DNA of 64,000 nucleotides from Rhodothermales bacterium (GTDB lineage: Bacteria > Bacteroidota > Rhodothermia > Rhodothermales > Bin80): positions 885,102 to 949,101 of the forward strand of contig CATQHT010000001.1 of assembly GCA_958296045.1 (NCBI GenBank), written 5' to 3'. Positions 18,849 to 28,984 of the stretch are shown here, in pieces. The notes beneath the pieces are model-generated. The model searched no databases. It was not told the origin of the DNA and worked only from the letters and a program-made list of their open reading frames with translations. A program made the position numbers and the translations under genes. The number at the start of each line of letters is the position of its first letter. Positions within the stretch are counted from its first letter, which is position 1.

Positions 18849-20633
18849 ATGAACTCTATGGCCGCACACAAGCCTCCTATCGTGCTTTCTTCGGCCCCGG
18901 CTGGGGACTCGGCGTCGATCATCGCTTCCCTGGAGGCGAGGGAGATGGAGGAGCGCTGCGGGAGGTTGAAGGCAGAGGCGAGGGAGATGGAGGAGCGCCG
19001 CGGGAGGTTGAAGGCAGAGGCGGAGGTTGGACGGTTGCGTCACGAAAACAGCAGCGTTTGCAAGGAGAGAGACGGCTACCGTGACCGTCTGAAGTTCGTC
19101 AAGGCTGAACGCGATGCCCTTCTGAACTTGGTCCACGGTGCGAAGAATGAGCGCTTTGTGCCCAACGATGGGGCGGGCCCCGAGGAGAACTCCTTGTTTT
19201 CCTCTGACGACGAGCCGTCGTCAAAGGTCGAGCCGTCGTCAAAGGTCGAGCCGTCGTCAGATACGGACAAGGCGCGCCCTGAGGCCTCGAAGCGCAAAGC
19301 GGTTTCGCAGAAACCGAAGCGGACACGCCGCCGCCTTCAAGCCGGTTTTCCGCCCCACCTTGAGCGCGACATGGCCGTCCTCGAGCCCGAGGAAGATGTC
19401 TCGGGCATGAAGCGCATAGGCTTTGTAGATAAAGAGACGCTACATGTAGTGCATCTTAAGGTGATCGTCAAAGTGCTCAGGCGGTACAAGTACGCTCGTA
19501 GTGAGACGACGGATGGTAATGGCGAGCGTTCGGACGAGGATGGCGGTCCGAGCCCCATCGTCATCGCGCCGTCACCGCCCCGCCTGAGCGAGAAATGTAT
19601 GGCTGAGCCAAGCCTGCTCGCTCATGTAACCGCCGCTAAGTACCTGGATTACCTTCCTCTCTACCGCCAGCGAAAACAGTTCTTACGGCAACAACTCCCG
19701 ATTTCCAGCTCGACCCTGGGTGACTGGATCGGCCTGGTAGCATTCCACTTGGGGGCCCTCTATGATGCGCTCAAGAAAGAGGCCCTTCAGAGCGGCTACC
19801 TATGCGTGGACGAGACCACCATTGCGGTGCAAGATCGTAGCAAGGTCGGGGCACATCACCGTGGGTATTTCTGGGTGCACCGTGCACCGGAGCTCGGACT
19901 CGTGTGGATGGAGTATCGTAAGGGCCGTGACCAGCAAGGGCTGATCCACTCTTTGCAGACCTTCGGGGGTCACATTCAGTGCGATGGCCTCGCAGCCTAC
20001 AACGCTCTTGGCCGCAATCCGAACATCGTTTTACACGGATGCTGGGCCCATGCCCGACGCTATTTCGTCCGGGCGCAGCAGAGCTATTCGGAGCGGGCCG
20101 AGCATGTGCTGACGAGGATTCAGCAGTTGTACATGATTGAGCGCAGGCTGCGCGAGGCGGGCTGCACGCCAGAGGAACGCTACCAGGCGCGCCAAAAAGA
20201 GGCGGTCCCCATCCTGAAAGACCTGAAGGCATGGCTTCAAGCGCACTTCGGCACGCCACGCAGCGTTTGGGGCAAAGCCGTGGGCTATACCCTGAATCAG
20301 TGGGACAAGCTGTTTCGATACACCCGCTTCGGGCGCGTTGAGATAGACAACAACCTCGTGGAAAACTCCATCCGGCCGTTGGCTCTGGGCCGCAAAAACT
20401 ACATGCACGCCGGATCACACGATGCAGCCCAACGCGCAGCCGTCATCTACTCGTTGCTGGCAACCTGCAACCTGCAAGGCATAGCCGACCCCCAAGATTG
20501 GCTCGAGGATGTGCTAACGCGCATGCCTACGCACACCGCAGATATTCGTGAGCTGCTACCCCAACAGTGGACCGAGCGTCCAAGCTCCGCGACCTCACAG
20601 GCATTGCTCCCAGCGATGCGGGCCTGCGCATAA
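18849..20633 (+). CDS. tnpC: IS66-family transposase (TnpC)
   Basis: Coiled-coil N-terminus. DDE core region reads ..YLPLYRQ...LCVDETTI.V......HRGYFWV......GHIQCDGLAAY......HGCWAHARRYF. ATG 18849 chosen inside track ORF 18801..20633. Confidence 0.9.
   Translation: MNSMAAHKPPIVLSSAPAGDSASIIASLEAREMEERCGRLKAEAREMEERRGRLKAEAEVGRLRHENSSVCKERDGYRDRLKFVKAERDALLNLVHGAKNERFVPNDGAGPEENSLFSSDDEPSSKVEPSSKVEPSSDTDKARPEASKRKAVSQKPKRTRRRLQAGFPPHLERDMAVLEPEEDVSGMKRIGFVDKETLHVVHLKVIVKVLRRYKYARSETTDGNGERSDEDGGPSPIVIAPSPPRLSEKCMAEPSLLAHVTAAKYLDYLPLYRQRKQFLRQQLPISSSTLGDWIGLVAFHLGALYDALKKEALQSGYLCVDETTIAVQDRSKVGAHHRGYFWVHRAPELGLVWMEYRKGRDQQGLIHSLQTFGGHIQCDGLAAYNALGRNPNIVLHGCWAHARRYFVRAQQSYSERAEHVLTRIQQLYMIERRLREAGCTPEERYQARQKEAVPILKDLKAWLQAHFGTPRSVWGKAVGYTLNQWDKLFRYTRFGRVEIDNNLVENSIRPLALGRKNYMHAGSHDAAQRAAVIYSLLATCNLQGIADPQDWLEDVLTRMPTHTADIRELLPQQWTERPSSATSQALLPAMRACA
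18933..19016. repeat. 2 x 42-bp in-frame tandem repeat inside tnpC
   Basis: gaggcgagggagatggaggagcgc(t/c)gcgggaggttgaaggca occurs twice. It encodes EAREMEER(C/R)GRLKA twice. Confidence 0.9.
19212..19260. repeat. 2.7 x 18-bp in-frame tandem repeat inside tnpC
   Basis: gagccgtcgtcaaaggtc x2 plus a partial copy. It encodes EPSSKV EPSSKV EPSS. Confidence 0.9.
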
Positions 20634-20812
20634 GCCCTCTGCGCCACTGCTGAGCGCCACTTCTGCACTGCCGCGCGCAGGCATCCAAGCGCTTGCGCCT
20701 GCCGACCGCTAGCATTCCCGCAGCCCCCGCAGCCCCCGTCGGCCCCGCTCCAGCAGCGGCTTGAGCCCAGTAACCCCAGCAAGGGGCGCCGCCAACCAGA
20801 TGCGCCCAGCAT

Positions 20813-21300
20813 GTGCCGACGACGAGTCGACTACGGTACGGGATCGAACGCAGGCTACGCGAGGCGGGCTGCACGCCGACCGACCGCTACAAGGCGCGTC
20901 AAAGAGAAGCGGTCCCCATCCCTGGAAGACCTGAAGGCATCGCTTCAAGAACACACCAACGCGCAACTGGCATCTACGCGCTGCTAGAAACCTCCAACAC
21001 TTAGATGCCCAAGACGGGCTCGAAGATGTGGTAGCGCGCGTGCCCACACCTACCACAGCACTACGCGAGCCGCTCCCCCAGCGGCAGACCTACCTTGAAA
21101 CTTCCGCGACCCCACAGACACCGCTCCCACCAGGGCGTGCCTGCGCATAAGACCCGCTGTGCCACTCCCAAGCGCGAGACATGCACCGCACTGCGCAGGC
21201 GCCCAAGCACCCTGCGCATGCCTACCGCTACCATCCCCGCAGCGCCCATCGGTCCGCTCCAGCAGCGGCCCTAGCACAGTAACCCCAGCAAGATGTGCCG
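20813..21300 (+). repeat. degenerate, internally deleted second copy of the tnpC 3' part and 3' UTR, inside the same IS66 element
   Basis: ORF 20813..21004 (..IERRLREAGCTPTDRYKARQREAVPI..) mirrors tnpC residues ..IERRLREAGCTPEERYQARQKEAVPI... The stretch 21125-21300 mirrors 20600-20810 (..ccgctccagcagcgg...cagtaaccccagcaag..). Confidence 0.75.
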
Positions 21301-21922
21301 CTCAAAAGCACGCGCCACCGTGCATTCCATGGCCTGAAGGCAAACACGACGGCGAAAAATAGTCCTCGGCACGCTACCAGTCAGCTGAAATATCCCCGAA
21401 AAACCGGATTTTCGGACGGATACTGCGCACCAGCGCCGTCGGTTCGCAGTTTGGCATCTGAGCACTCGGCACAGGTGGTCAGAAGTGACGATTCACTATT
21501 TTGCATTGCATTCTGTACCAGAGCTCGCGCACACGTTCCACCCGGAATCTACATTACCGCTGAACAAGGACAGTCCTATGTTCATGTGCAGAGTGCGTCC
21601 TAGTTTGGAGCCCACAGCCCGAGAGTCGCCATGCAACCTTTAGATCATGTCTTGGCCTTCTAAGAGCTGAATCGCGGTGACCTCGCAAGTCTCGACTCCT
21701 GGTACACTTCCGGCGATCGGTCTCGAGGCCTATCCGGACGTGTATACAAGGTGATTCCGAGTAACCGGAACTAGAGATCACCGCCCGTTGCACCGCGGCC
21801 GAGGCCGAGGCCGGTGCATTCTGGCGGCCTTGGATCCAGTTCGCGATTCAAGTGCCGCATTCTCCCGTGTTCCACGCGCTTCTCAAAGTAAGGCCTATTC
21901 ATCCACCAAACATGTTACGCAG

Positions 21923-24900
21923 ATGTCAGCGCAGACTAGAATTGCCATCGTGGGCTACAGCTACCGGCTGCCTAGCGGCATCCGCACGGATAAGGAATTC
22001 TGGCAGCTGCTTAGTAATCGGCAGTTTATCCGGGAACCGATTGTCAAGCGCTTTGGCCGCGGCCATCGGCCGATTGGCCCATACAGCGGGCCCGCCCGCA
22101 TGGCCAGTCCATACGAAGGCCTGATCCGTGACAAAGACGAACTGCTGTTCGATAGAGCCTTCTTCGGCATGTCGTACAGCGAAATGCTACATGCCATACC
22201 GGAAGTGCGGATGCTCCTGAACACCGCTTGGGAATCCATCGAGCGTGCAGGTTGGAGCCTTCAGGGGCTGCATAATAGCTCAACCGGTGTATTCATCGGT
22301 GCCCAATTGCCTGCCACGGCCAATTGGCGCCCGATGCGCGGAGTCACCATCCACACCGTCTCTAGCATCAGCCTGTCGATGCTGGCGAACAGGATTTCGT
22401 TTCATTTCAACCTGATGGGGCCTTCGGTGACGTACTGCACGGCCTGCTCGGCTGGACTCAGCGCGCTACATGCCGCCGTAGGCGCGCTATCTAGTAGCGA
22501 TTGTGATCGAGCACTCGTTGGTGCAGTCACCTACCTGGGGAGTTCCAGAATGAGCAGCGGCTTCAACATGATGGGTATCATCAGCCCGGATGGAATCTGC
22601 CGTTCATTCGATGCTGAAGCTAATGGTTATTTGCGCTCAGAAGGAGCTTTCATGTACGCTATGAAGCCGCTGGAGGCAGCTGAGCGCGACGGCGACCATA
22701 TTGAAGCGGTCATAGAAGCTACGGCAATCAATGCTGCCGGTGCCGCCGACGGTGCCACCGGACTTACACCGGGCCGCTATATCAGTGCACCTACCCGGCA
22801 CGCGCAGGCTTCCCTGCTCCACCGCGCGCTGGACAAGGCTGATCTCACACCGGCGGCAATAGACTATGTCGAAGCCCATGCCACCGGAACGGCAGTTGGT
22901 GACCCTATCGAGGGAAATGCCATCGCCGAGGCGCTAGGCGGAGTACGTCGTGACATCCCGCTGCGCCTGGCCAGTGTCAAGAGCAACCTGGGACATATGG
23001 AAGCGGCGGCGTTTACGTGTGCGCTGACCAAGGTGGTGCTGATGATGCAGCGGCGCACCTTTGCGCCTATGTCGCGGAGCTTTCGGGTACCAAACCCTGC
23101 CATTGATTTCGAATCGTGCCCCATGCGGGTGCAGACAGGCTGCGAGCCCTTTCCTGATCACAGCGTTACCGTAGGGATCAACTCCTTCGGATTCGGAGGT
23201 GCCAATGGGCATTGTATCGTTCGCGAGTACCGGCCTGCGCGCCCGCGCACGTGGTCGATTCCGCTGGCTCCCAAAGCGGGATACATGGTCCCGCTTTCGA
23301 CCCGTACCCCTGCCGCGCTGCCAGAAAGAGCCCACAGACTGCGGCAGTTCCTAGATAGGCACTCGCCGGATCTTTATTCGCTAGCAGGAAATCTCAGTCG
23401 ACGGTGCACCCATTTTCCAGCCCGTGCAGCATTGGTCGTGCGCACCATGGATGATTTGCGCGAAAAGCTGGAGGAACTGGCGCGGTCTGAGGAATCGTTC
23501 CCTCTGGTCGCGGACCGTGGGCCGCGCGTCGCGATGGTGTTTTCTGGGCAGGGAACGCAGTGGGCTGGCTGCGGCCGCAAGCTCTATGAAGCGCATCCTG
23601 TATTTCGGCGGGTCATCGACACCATCGAAGACTACTGGCTGAGATATTCCCCGCATTCCCTGCGTATGGCATGCTTTGGTGCGCCACAGAGTGAATTGGA
23701 CGAAACTGAGCTGGCCCAGCCTGTGGTGTTTGCGCTTCAGTGCGCCCTTTACGAACTCCTGAAGACATGGGGCGTGTACCCAGACTGCGTTGTCGCGCAC
23801 AGCAGTGGCGAAATTGCAGCTGCCTACGCGGCGGGCCTGCATTCGCTTGCCGATGCGACCCGACTAGTTTACCACCGCGCCACGCTCCAGCAGCGCATCG
23901 CGGGTTCGGGCCGCATGCTGGCCATCAGTCTGGATTCGTCTACTGTCGCCGAATTACTGGCCAGCACAAAGACCCCAGGACATGTGGAAATCGCGTGCAT
24001 CAATAGTCCCGCGAACACCGTGGTCTGCGCGCCCGCAACGGTGCTTAAGCCCGTGATGGAAAAACTCGAACGGCAGGGGGTGCAACATACGCTGATCGCG
24101 GGCAACATCGCATTTCATTCGCCAGCGATGGACCCCATACGGGAAGATGCCCTGGAAGCTTTCTCATTTCTGGACCTTGAGGCACCTGACCCCGTGGTGC
24201 CCTACGTCTCGTCGGTAACTGGCCAAGAAGTGCTGCGGCTAGATAGTCGCTACTGGTGGTCCAACATGCGGGAGCCGGTCCGTTTCGCGGCCGCCATGCA
24301 GACGGTCGTTGAAAACTACAATCCCGATATCGTGCTCGAGGTGGCACCCCACTCTGCTCTTCAGCCAATCATTGCCCAATGCGTGGACGACCGTCAAGCA
24401 CCGCCCACCATCGTTGGGAGCTTTACGCGCCACAAGGATACACGCACGAGTTTTCAGGAAATGCTGGCCGCCCTTTACCAGGCCGGACTGTCCCTCGACT
24501 TCGCCGCTCAGTATCCGAGGCCAGCTCCGATTACGCATCTCCTTCCAGGCCATCCGCGCAGCGAATCCAGGCTCGTCGAGCCGACGCTCGATGATGAGCA
24601 CATGCAGAACATGAGCCAGTATGCCCATGGTCCGCTGGTCGGGCATCGGATTCCGTGCGACCACCTGCTCTTTGAGGCGCGATTGTCTAGTGCCGCCTTT
24701 CCCTGGATGGAAGAGCATCGTGTGCATCATGCTCCTATCATGCCCACTGCTGGATACATAGAGCTCGTGTTTGAGGCGCTGGAAGGTGTCCCATTGGAAA
24801 TCGAGCGGCTTGAGCTTATGCACCAAGTTCCTATAGCGGATCCGGTCCGACTCCAGACTGCGCTACGCCCGCTTCGAGCCTTTCCTGATACGTTCGAGAT

Positions 24901-27900
24901 TACAATTTCTTCGCATCCCTATGAGGAGGCCGACGCGACTGCTGGCGAGATACATTGCCGTGGTCGAGTGCGGCGGACAGATACGAGGTTCCCGCTGGGC
25001 GTGCCGAGGCACCTGTCAGAGATTGATGCCTCGCTTCATACCCAAGTGGCCTTCGATTCAGACGAAGAATTGTACGATCAATTCTCTGCAGTGCTGGGCG
25101 ACACCTTTCAGTATGGCCCAAACTTCAGAAATATCCGAAACCTTCGGCGCGACCCGGTTGTGGGCAACTTGCTGTTTGAGTTGGAAATGGACGAGGCGCT
25201 GTGGAGGGGCGGCCAAAGCGAAGGCTTCGTATACAATCCGGCACTGCTTGATGGAGGACTCCAGGCATTTCTCTATGATCTGACGGTAGGGATGGGAGGT
25301 GACACCTTTTCCATTCCGCTCCGAGTGGAAAACGTAGTGCTGGTGCGTGCCCCAAGTTCCAATAGAATGGTGTGCCGGGTCACATACCCCAACAACAAAC
25401 GCTACGAAGTGGATGATAATGGTCAGTATTCGATCCCGAACGGTGAGTGGGTTTCAGGGAGTCTAAGCTGCTATGATGCGGTCACCGGGGACCTGATTCT
25501 GAACGTTGGGAAGTACATTTCCTTTAACTCGGACTCAAAGCGGATCGCATTTCCAAACAGTAGGCATTTTATACGCTGGCAGCGGAAAGCAATTACGGAC
25601 AGCCACCGCATAGTCTCCCGAATCCCGAATGGAGACATAGCACCTTCAATGCTGCTGAGCCTATTGGAAACGTCTGGTTTGCACGAGGCTCGGGTCTGCC
25701 GCATCGCAGAATTTGCTGGAGAAAGAGAGCCGGGGCAGACGGTGCTTGCGTGTTGCATAGACCACCTTGTCGCCAGTGAGGCGCAGAGCGAGTACTGGTT
25801 GGTATGCTCGAGCGAAGCCGGTGCGCGCGCCTGTTATGACGAGTTTCATGGTCATCGTGCGACGCTGCGCTTCATCTCTAGGGAAGCACAGCCTGACCAC
25901 GACTCTGCACTGCAGGATTCATTATTTCGACGTAATGCCGCCGATCTTCTGATACTGCACGGCGACACGGACTTTGAGCCAGCCGATTGGACCTTCTGGA
26001 GACGCCTACTGATCAGCGGCGGGCTGGCGTTGGTCGTTCACGAGGCAGATGCCTTCAAACAGCCAGATGCGGGTTGGACGACCTTACGTGCTGGGTCCAG
26101 GTCCACACTACTTGGCGCGCCCGTGACCACGACAGCCCTCACGCGCGAGTCGAGGATGCCCGTGCCTGGGCCACGTTGGGTTATTGGAGAGCCATCAAGC
26201 CTGGCAGAAGCGTGGGCCTCGCGCTTCAATGGAGCTGATGTTACCAGTATCCCTGAAGCGTTTCAGCCATCTGAGTTTTTTTCTGCGGAAGAGCAGCCGG
26301 ATGCGGCTGTGGTGCAGGCGATTGATGTCTTTTTTGGCAACGACCCGCAGGATCCCACTGGAGAAAATGCGCTCATTCAGTTTTTGCCCATCATTCAGTC
26401 CCTCATCTACTACCGCGCCGAGAACGCGGAGTGCGACTGTCGCTTGACCGTAATAACCCATCGTGCAGCTTCTGACGTGCATAATCCGCGCGGCGCCGCC
26501 TTGTGGGGTGCACTGCGATGCATGGTATTGGAGATTGGGCCTGAGATCAGGCTGGATCTCCGCTTGGTAGATGTTGGTTCGGAAGACGACCTAGCGGTAG
26601 TGGCGCACCTGGCGCGGCATGACGTACGTGAGCGTGAGCTTGTCGTGCGCGATGGCGAGATCTGGGTGCCCCGCATTCATAGCGACAGGCGTCTGCATCA
26701 CCCTATTGCCACCCAGGAGGATCCTCCGTACCGGCTCTTCGTGGACGATGTAGGTCAGGTAGGCGGCCTACGTATGAAGACCTACGATCCGAAGCCTCTC
26801 TCAGCAGATGCCGTGGAGGTAGACATCGATACCGCGGCGCTGAATTTCCGCGATGTCATGGTAACGCTCGGACTGCTGCCTGCTCTTGCCTTTGAGCGAT
26901 CCGGCGTTGGAAGGGAAATTGGCATGGAAGCCAGCGGTATCGTTCGCCGCATCGGCTCTGACGTGGACGAGTTGCAGGTGGGCGACAAGGTAGTGATAGT
27001 AGGTGCGGGCTGCATCGCTAATCGCGTGACGGCTAAAACATACCAGGTGTTCCCAGTGCCAGAGGGCTTATCTATGGATCAGGCCGGCGCATCCTTGACG
27101 GTGCTGGCCACAGCCTACTATGCGCTTGTGCATCTGGCGCAGCTTCGACACGGGCAGCGTGTACTCATTCACTCGGCCATGGGCGGCGTAGGCCAGGCAG
27201 CCATCGCACTGGCCAGACATGTGGGCGCTGAGATCTACGCTACAGCGGGAAGTGATAGCAAGCGCAATCAGCTTCTCTCCATGGGAGTGGCGGCCGCATT
27301 TGACTCGCATTCCACATCGTGGTACTCTGAGCTGATGCAGGCCACTGGCGACGGTGTGGATGTCGTTCTAAATTCATTGGCTGGTCCGCATGTGCCGCTG
27401 TGCCTTCGTGCATTACGCCCGGGCGGATGGCACTGTGAAATTGGTAAGGTCGACATCTACTCCGACGGTCAGGTCGACCTACGTCTGCTGCGCAAGAACC
27501 TCAGCTTTGCCGCCATCGATATGGATCGGCTCATGCTGGATGATCCGCACCTGTCGCGGCAGATTTCTGAAACGTGCACGGACCTATTAGACCGCGGCAT
27601 TGTGCCACCGTTGCCAGTCACCGTCTTTCCGTTTGGAGCGTTTACCAAAGCCTTCCGGCTGATGGCGTCGGGCCAGCATCAAGGTAAGATCGTGCTGAAG
27701 GCGCCCGCCTCGCTGGCTGATCGCGACTTTCACGTTGATGATCGCCGACCATTCTTCGATCCCGATGCAACCTACCTGGTAACCGGCGGACTAGGAGGAT
27801 TCGGATTGCGCTTGGTGCCCTACCTCGTGGCTGCGGGAGCGCGACACCTGACGCTTCTGGATCGCGACCCGAATCAACGTAGGAGAGCCAAGTGGCTATA

Positions 27901-28912
27901 CACCCGTACTTCCCTCCCTGGTATGTCAACGTCAGCCGAGTTTGACTTTATCCAGGGAGATGCTTCCATCGAAGCGGACATTCAGCAGTGCGTGGCCAGC
28001 CTGAAGAAACCGCTCAAAGGCGTGTTCCACCTGGCTGGCATCCTCGATGACAGGTTGCTTGTCGATGTGACCCCAGAGTCTGTCCATCGCATATTTGCTC
28101 CCAAGGCATGTGGGGCGCTCTACCTGCATCGTGCAACACAAGGGCATGCCCTGGACTATTTCGTTATGTTTTCGTCTGTAGCCGGGACATTTGGTAACGT
28201 TGGGCAGACCGCCTACGGCGCAGCCAACGCCTTTGTGGACGCATTGGCTGCTATGCGCCGGCGGCAGGATTTGCCAGCATTGTCATACATCTTGGCAGCT
28301 ATTGGCGATGTGGGCATGGCCGCGCGCAACCTCTCTGTTTTACAACTGGCGCGGACCTCGGGGATGCCTCCTGTCAGCAGCAGTCTTGCGGCTGCAAACT
28401 TGGACTATGCCCTGAGGCGAGCCCCTGGCGATCATGTGATCACGGCCTTGTTCAAGCGCGTATTCTGGGAGCTTGACTCTTCGGACTACCTGCGCGTGGG
28501 CACGCTGATTGGCAATCAGTTTGCATTCGATACGGGATCGAACGATCAGCTGACGACGGACATCATCACGACACGTATCGCAAGCAAAGTCGCGGACCTG
28601 TGCGGCCACGATGACTTCAACACGGATGAGCCGCTTTCCAGTCTGGGACTCAACTCTATCTCAGTAGCTGAGTTGGCGGCCTTCATTCGCAGCGATTTCA
28701 ATTTTCGTGCCAGTGCACTTGAGCTGATGACTACCGCTTCGTGCCAGTCACTGGCCGATGCCATCGTAACGGGCTCGGATTCTGCAAAGGAATCCGAGAG
28801 TACGGCGCCAGACACAGAGCAAGTAGCATCCACTTCCAGGGGACGGGTGCGACGGGCAGGACGAAAGCCTTCAGTGTTTGCCAGCGACACTGAAGATCAC
28901 TTCAGGTCCTGA
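21923..28912 (+). CDS. reducing type I polyketide synthase, KS-AT-DH-(pseudoMT/structural)-ER-KR-ACP
   Basis: KS: TACSAG (Cys codon 22445-22447), EAHATGT, NLGHMEAAA. AT: FSGQGTQW, AHSSGE (23795-23809), FHS. DH: HGPLVGHRIP. ER: LNFRDVM, HSAMGGVGQAA. KR: YLVTGGLGGFG, SSVAGTFGNVGQTAYGAANAF. ACP: LGLNSIS (Ser codon 28655-28657). ATG 21923 chosen inside track ORF 21788..28912. Confidence 0.9.
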   Translation: MSAQTRIAIVGYSYRLPSGIRTDKEFWQLLSNRQFIREPIVKRFGRGHRPIGPYSGPARMASPYEGLIRDKDELLFDRAFFGMSYSEMLHAIPEVRMLLNTAWESIERAGWSLQGLHNSSTGVFIGAQLPATANWRPMRGVTIHTVSSISLSMLANRISFHFNLMGPSVTYCTACSAGLSALHAAVGALSSSDCDRALVGAVTYLGSSRMSSGFNMMGIISPDGICRSFDAEANGYLRSEGAFMYAMKPLEAAERDGDHIEAVIEATAINAAGAADGATGLTPGRYISAPTRHAQASLLHRALDKADLTPAAIDYVEAHATGTAVGDPIEGNAIAEALGGVRRDIPLRLASVKSNLGHMEAAAFTCALTKVVLMMQRRTFAPMSRSFRVPNPAIDFESCPMRVQTGCEPFPDHSVTVGINSFGFGGANGHCIVREYRPARPRTWSIPLAPKAGYMVPLSTRTPAALPERAHRLRQFLDRHSPDLYSLAGNLSRRCTHFPARAALVVRTMDDLREKLEELARSEESFPLVADRGPRVAMVFSGQGTQWAGCGRKLYEAHPVFRRVIDTIEDYWLRYSPHSLRMACFGAPQSELDETELAQPVVFALQCALYELLKTWGVYPDCVVAHSSGEIAAAYAAGLHSLADATRLVYHRATLQQRIAGSGRMLAISLDSSTVAELLASTKTPGHVEIACINSPANTVVCAPATVLKPVMEKLERQGVQHTLIAGNIAFHSPAMDPIREDALEAFSFLDLEAPDPVVPYVSSVTGQEVLRLDSRYWWSNMREPVRFAAAMQTVVENYNPDIVLEVAPHSALQPIIAQCVDDRQAPPTIVGSFTRHKDTRTSFQEMLAALYQAGLSLDFAAQYPRPAPITHLLPGHPRSESRLVEPTLDDEHMQNMSQYAHGPLVGHRIPCDHLLFEARLSSAAFPWMEEHRVHHAPIMPTAGYIELVFEALEGVPLEIERLELMHQVPIADPVRLQTALRPLRAFPDTFEITISSHPYEEADATAGEIHCRGRVRRTDTRFPLGVPRHLSEIDASLHTQVAFDSDEELYDQFSAVLGDTFQYGPNFRNIRNLRRDPVVGNLLFELEMDEALWRGGQSEGFVYNPALLDGGLQAFLYDLTVGMGGDTFSIPLRVENVVLVRAPSSNRMVCRVTYPNNKRYEVDDNGQYSIPNGEWVSGSLSCYDAVTGDLILNVGKYISFNSDSKRIAFPNSRHFIRWQRKAITDSHRIVSRIPNGDIAPSMLLSLLETSGLHEARVCRIAEFAGEREPGQTVLACCIDHLVASEAQSEYWLVCSSEAGARACYDEFHGHRATLRFISREAQPDHDSALQDSLFRRNAADLLILHGDTDFEPADWTFWRRLLISGGLALVVHEADAFKQPDAGWTTLRAGSRSTLLGAPVTTTALTRESRMPVPGPRWVIGEPSSLAEAWASRFNGADVTSIPEAFQPSEFFSAEEQPDAAVVQAIDVFFGNDPQDPTGENALIQFLPIIQSLIYYRAENAECDCRLTVITHRAASDVHNPRGAALWGALRCMVLEIGPEIRLDLRLVDVGSEDDLAVVAHLARHDVRERELVVRDGEIWVPRIHSDRRLHHPIATQEDPPYRLFVDDVGQVGGLRMKTYDPKPLSADAVEVDIDTAALNFRDVMVTLGLLPALAFERSGVGREIGMEASGIVRRIGSDVDELQVGDKVVIVGAGCIANRVTAKTYQVFPVPEGLSMDQAGASLTVLATAYYALVHLAQLRHGQRVLIHSAMGGVGQAAIALARHVGAEIYATAGSDSKRNQLLSMGVAAAFDSHSTSWYSELMQATGDGVDVVLNSLAGPHVPLCLRALRPGGWHCEIGKVDIYSDGQVDLRLLRKNLSFAAIDMDRLMLDDPHLSRQISETCTDLLDRGIVPPLPVTVFPFGAFTKAFRLMASGQHQGKIVLKAPASLADRDFHVDDRRPFFDPDATYLVTGGLGGFGLRLVPYLVAAGARHLTLLDRDPNQRRRAKWLYTRTSLPGMSTSAEFDFIQGDASIEADIQQCVASLKKPLKGVFHLAGILDDRLLVDVTPESVHRIFAPKACGALYLHRATQGHALDYFVMFSSVAGTFGNVGQTAYGAANAFVDALAAMRRRQDLPALSYILAAIGDVGMAARNLSVLQLARTSGMPPVSSSLAAANLDYALRRAPGDHVITALFKRVFWELDSSDYLRVGTLIGNQFAFDTGSNDQLTTDIITTRIASKVADLCGHDDFNTDEPLSSLGLNSISVAELAAFIRSDFNFRASALELMTTASCQSLADAIVTGSDSAKESESTAPDTEQVASTSRGRVRRAGRKPSVFASDTEDHFRS

Positions 28913-28984
28913 CAATTGGAACGCGCAAAGGCAGCAGCACGCTGCTAGGTAACCTCCTCATTTGGATTACATATACGCCCGAGC

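Larger units (their letters stand above)
18044..21423 (+). mobile_element. IS66-family insertion sequence, complete, with 8-bp target-site duplication
   Basis: Terminal inverted repeats: GTATCCGTCCGAAA at 18044 and its reverse complement ending at 21423. The identical 8-mer TGCGCACC sits at 18036-18043 and 21424-21431. It carries the three IS66 ORFs. Confidence 0.9.
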
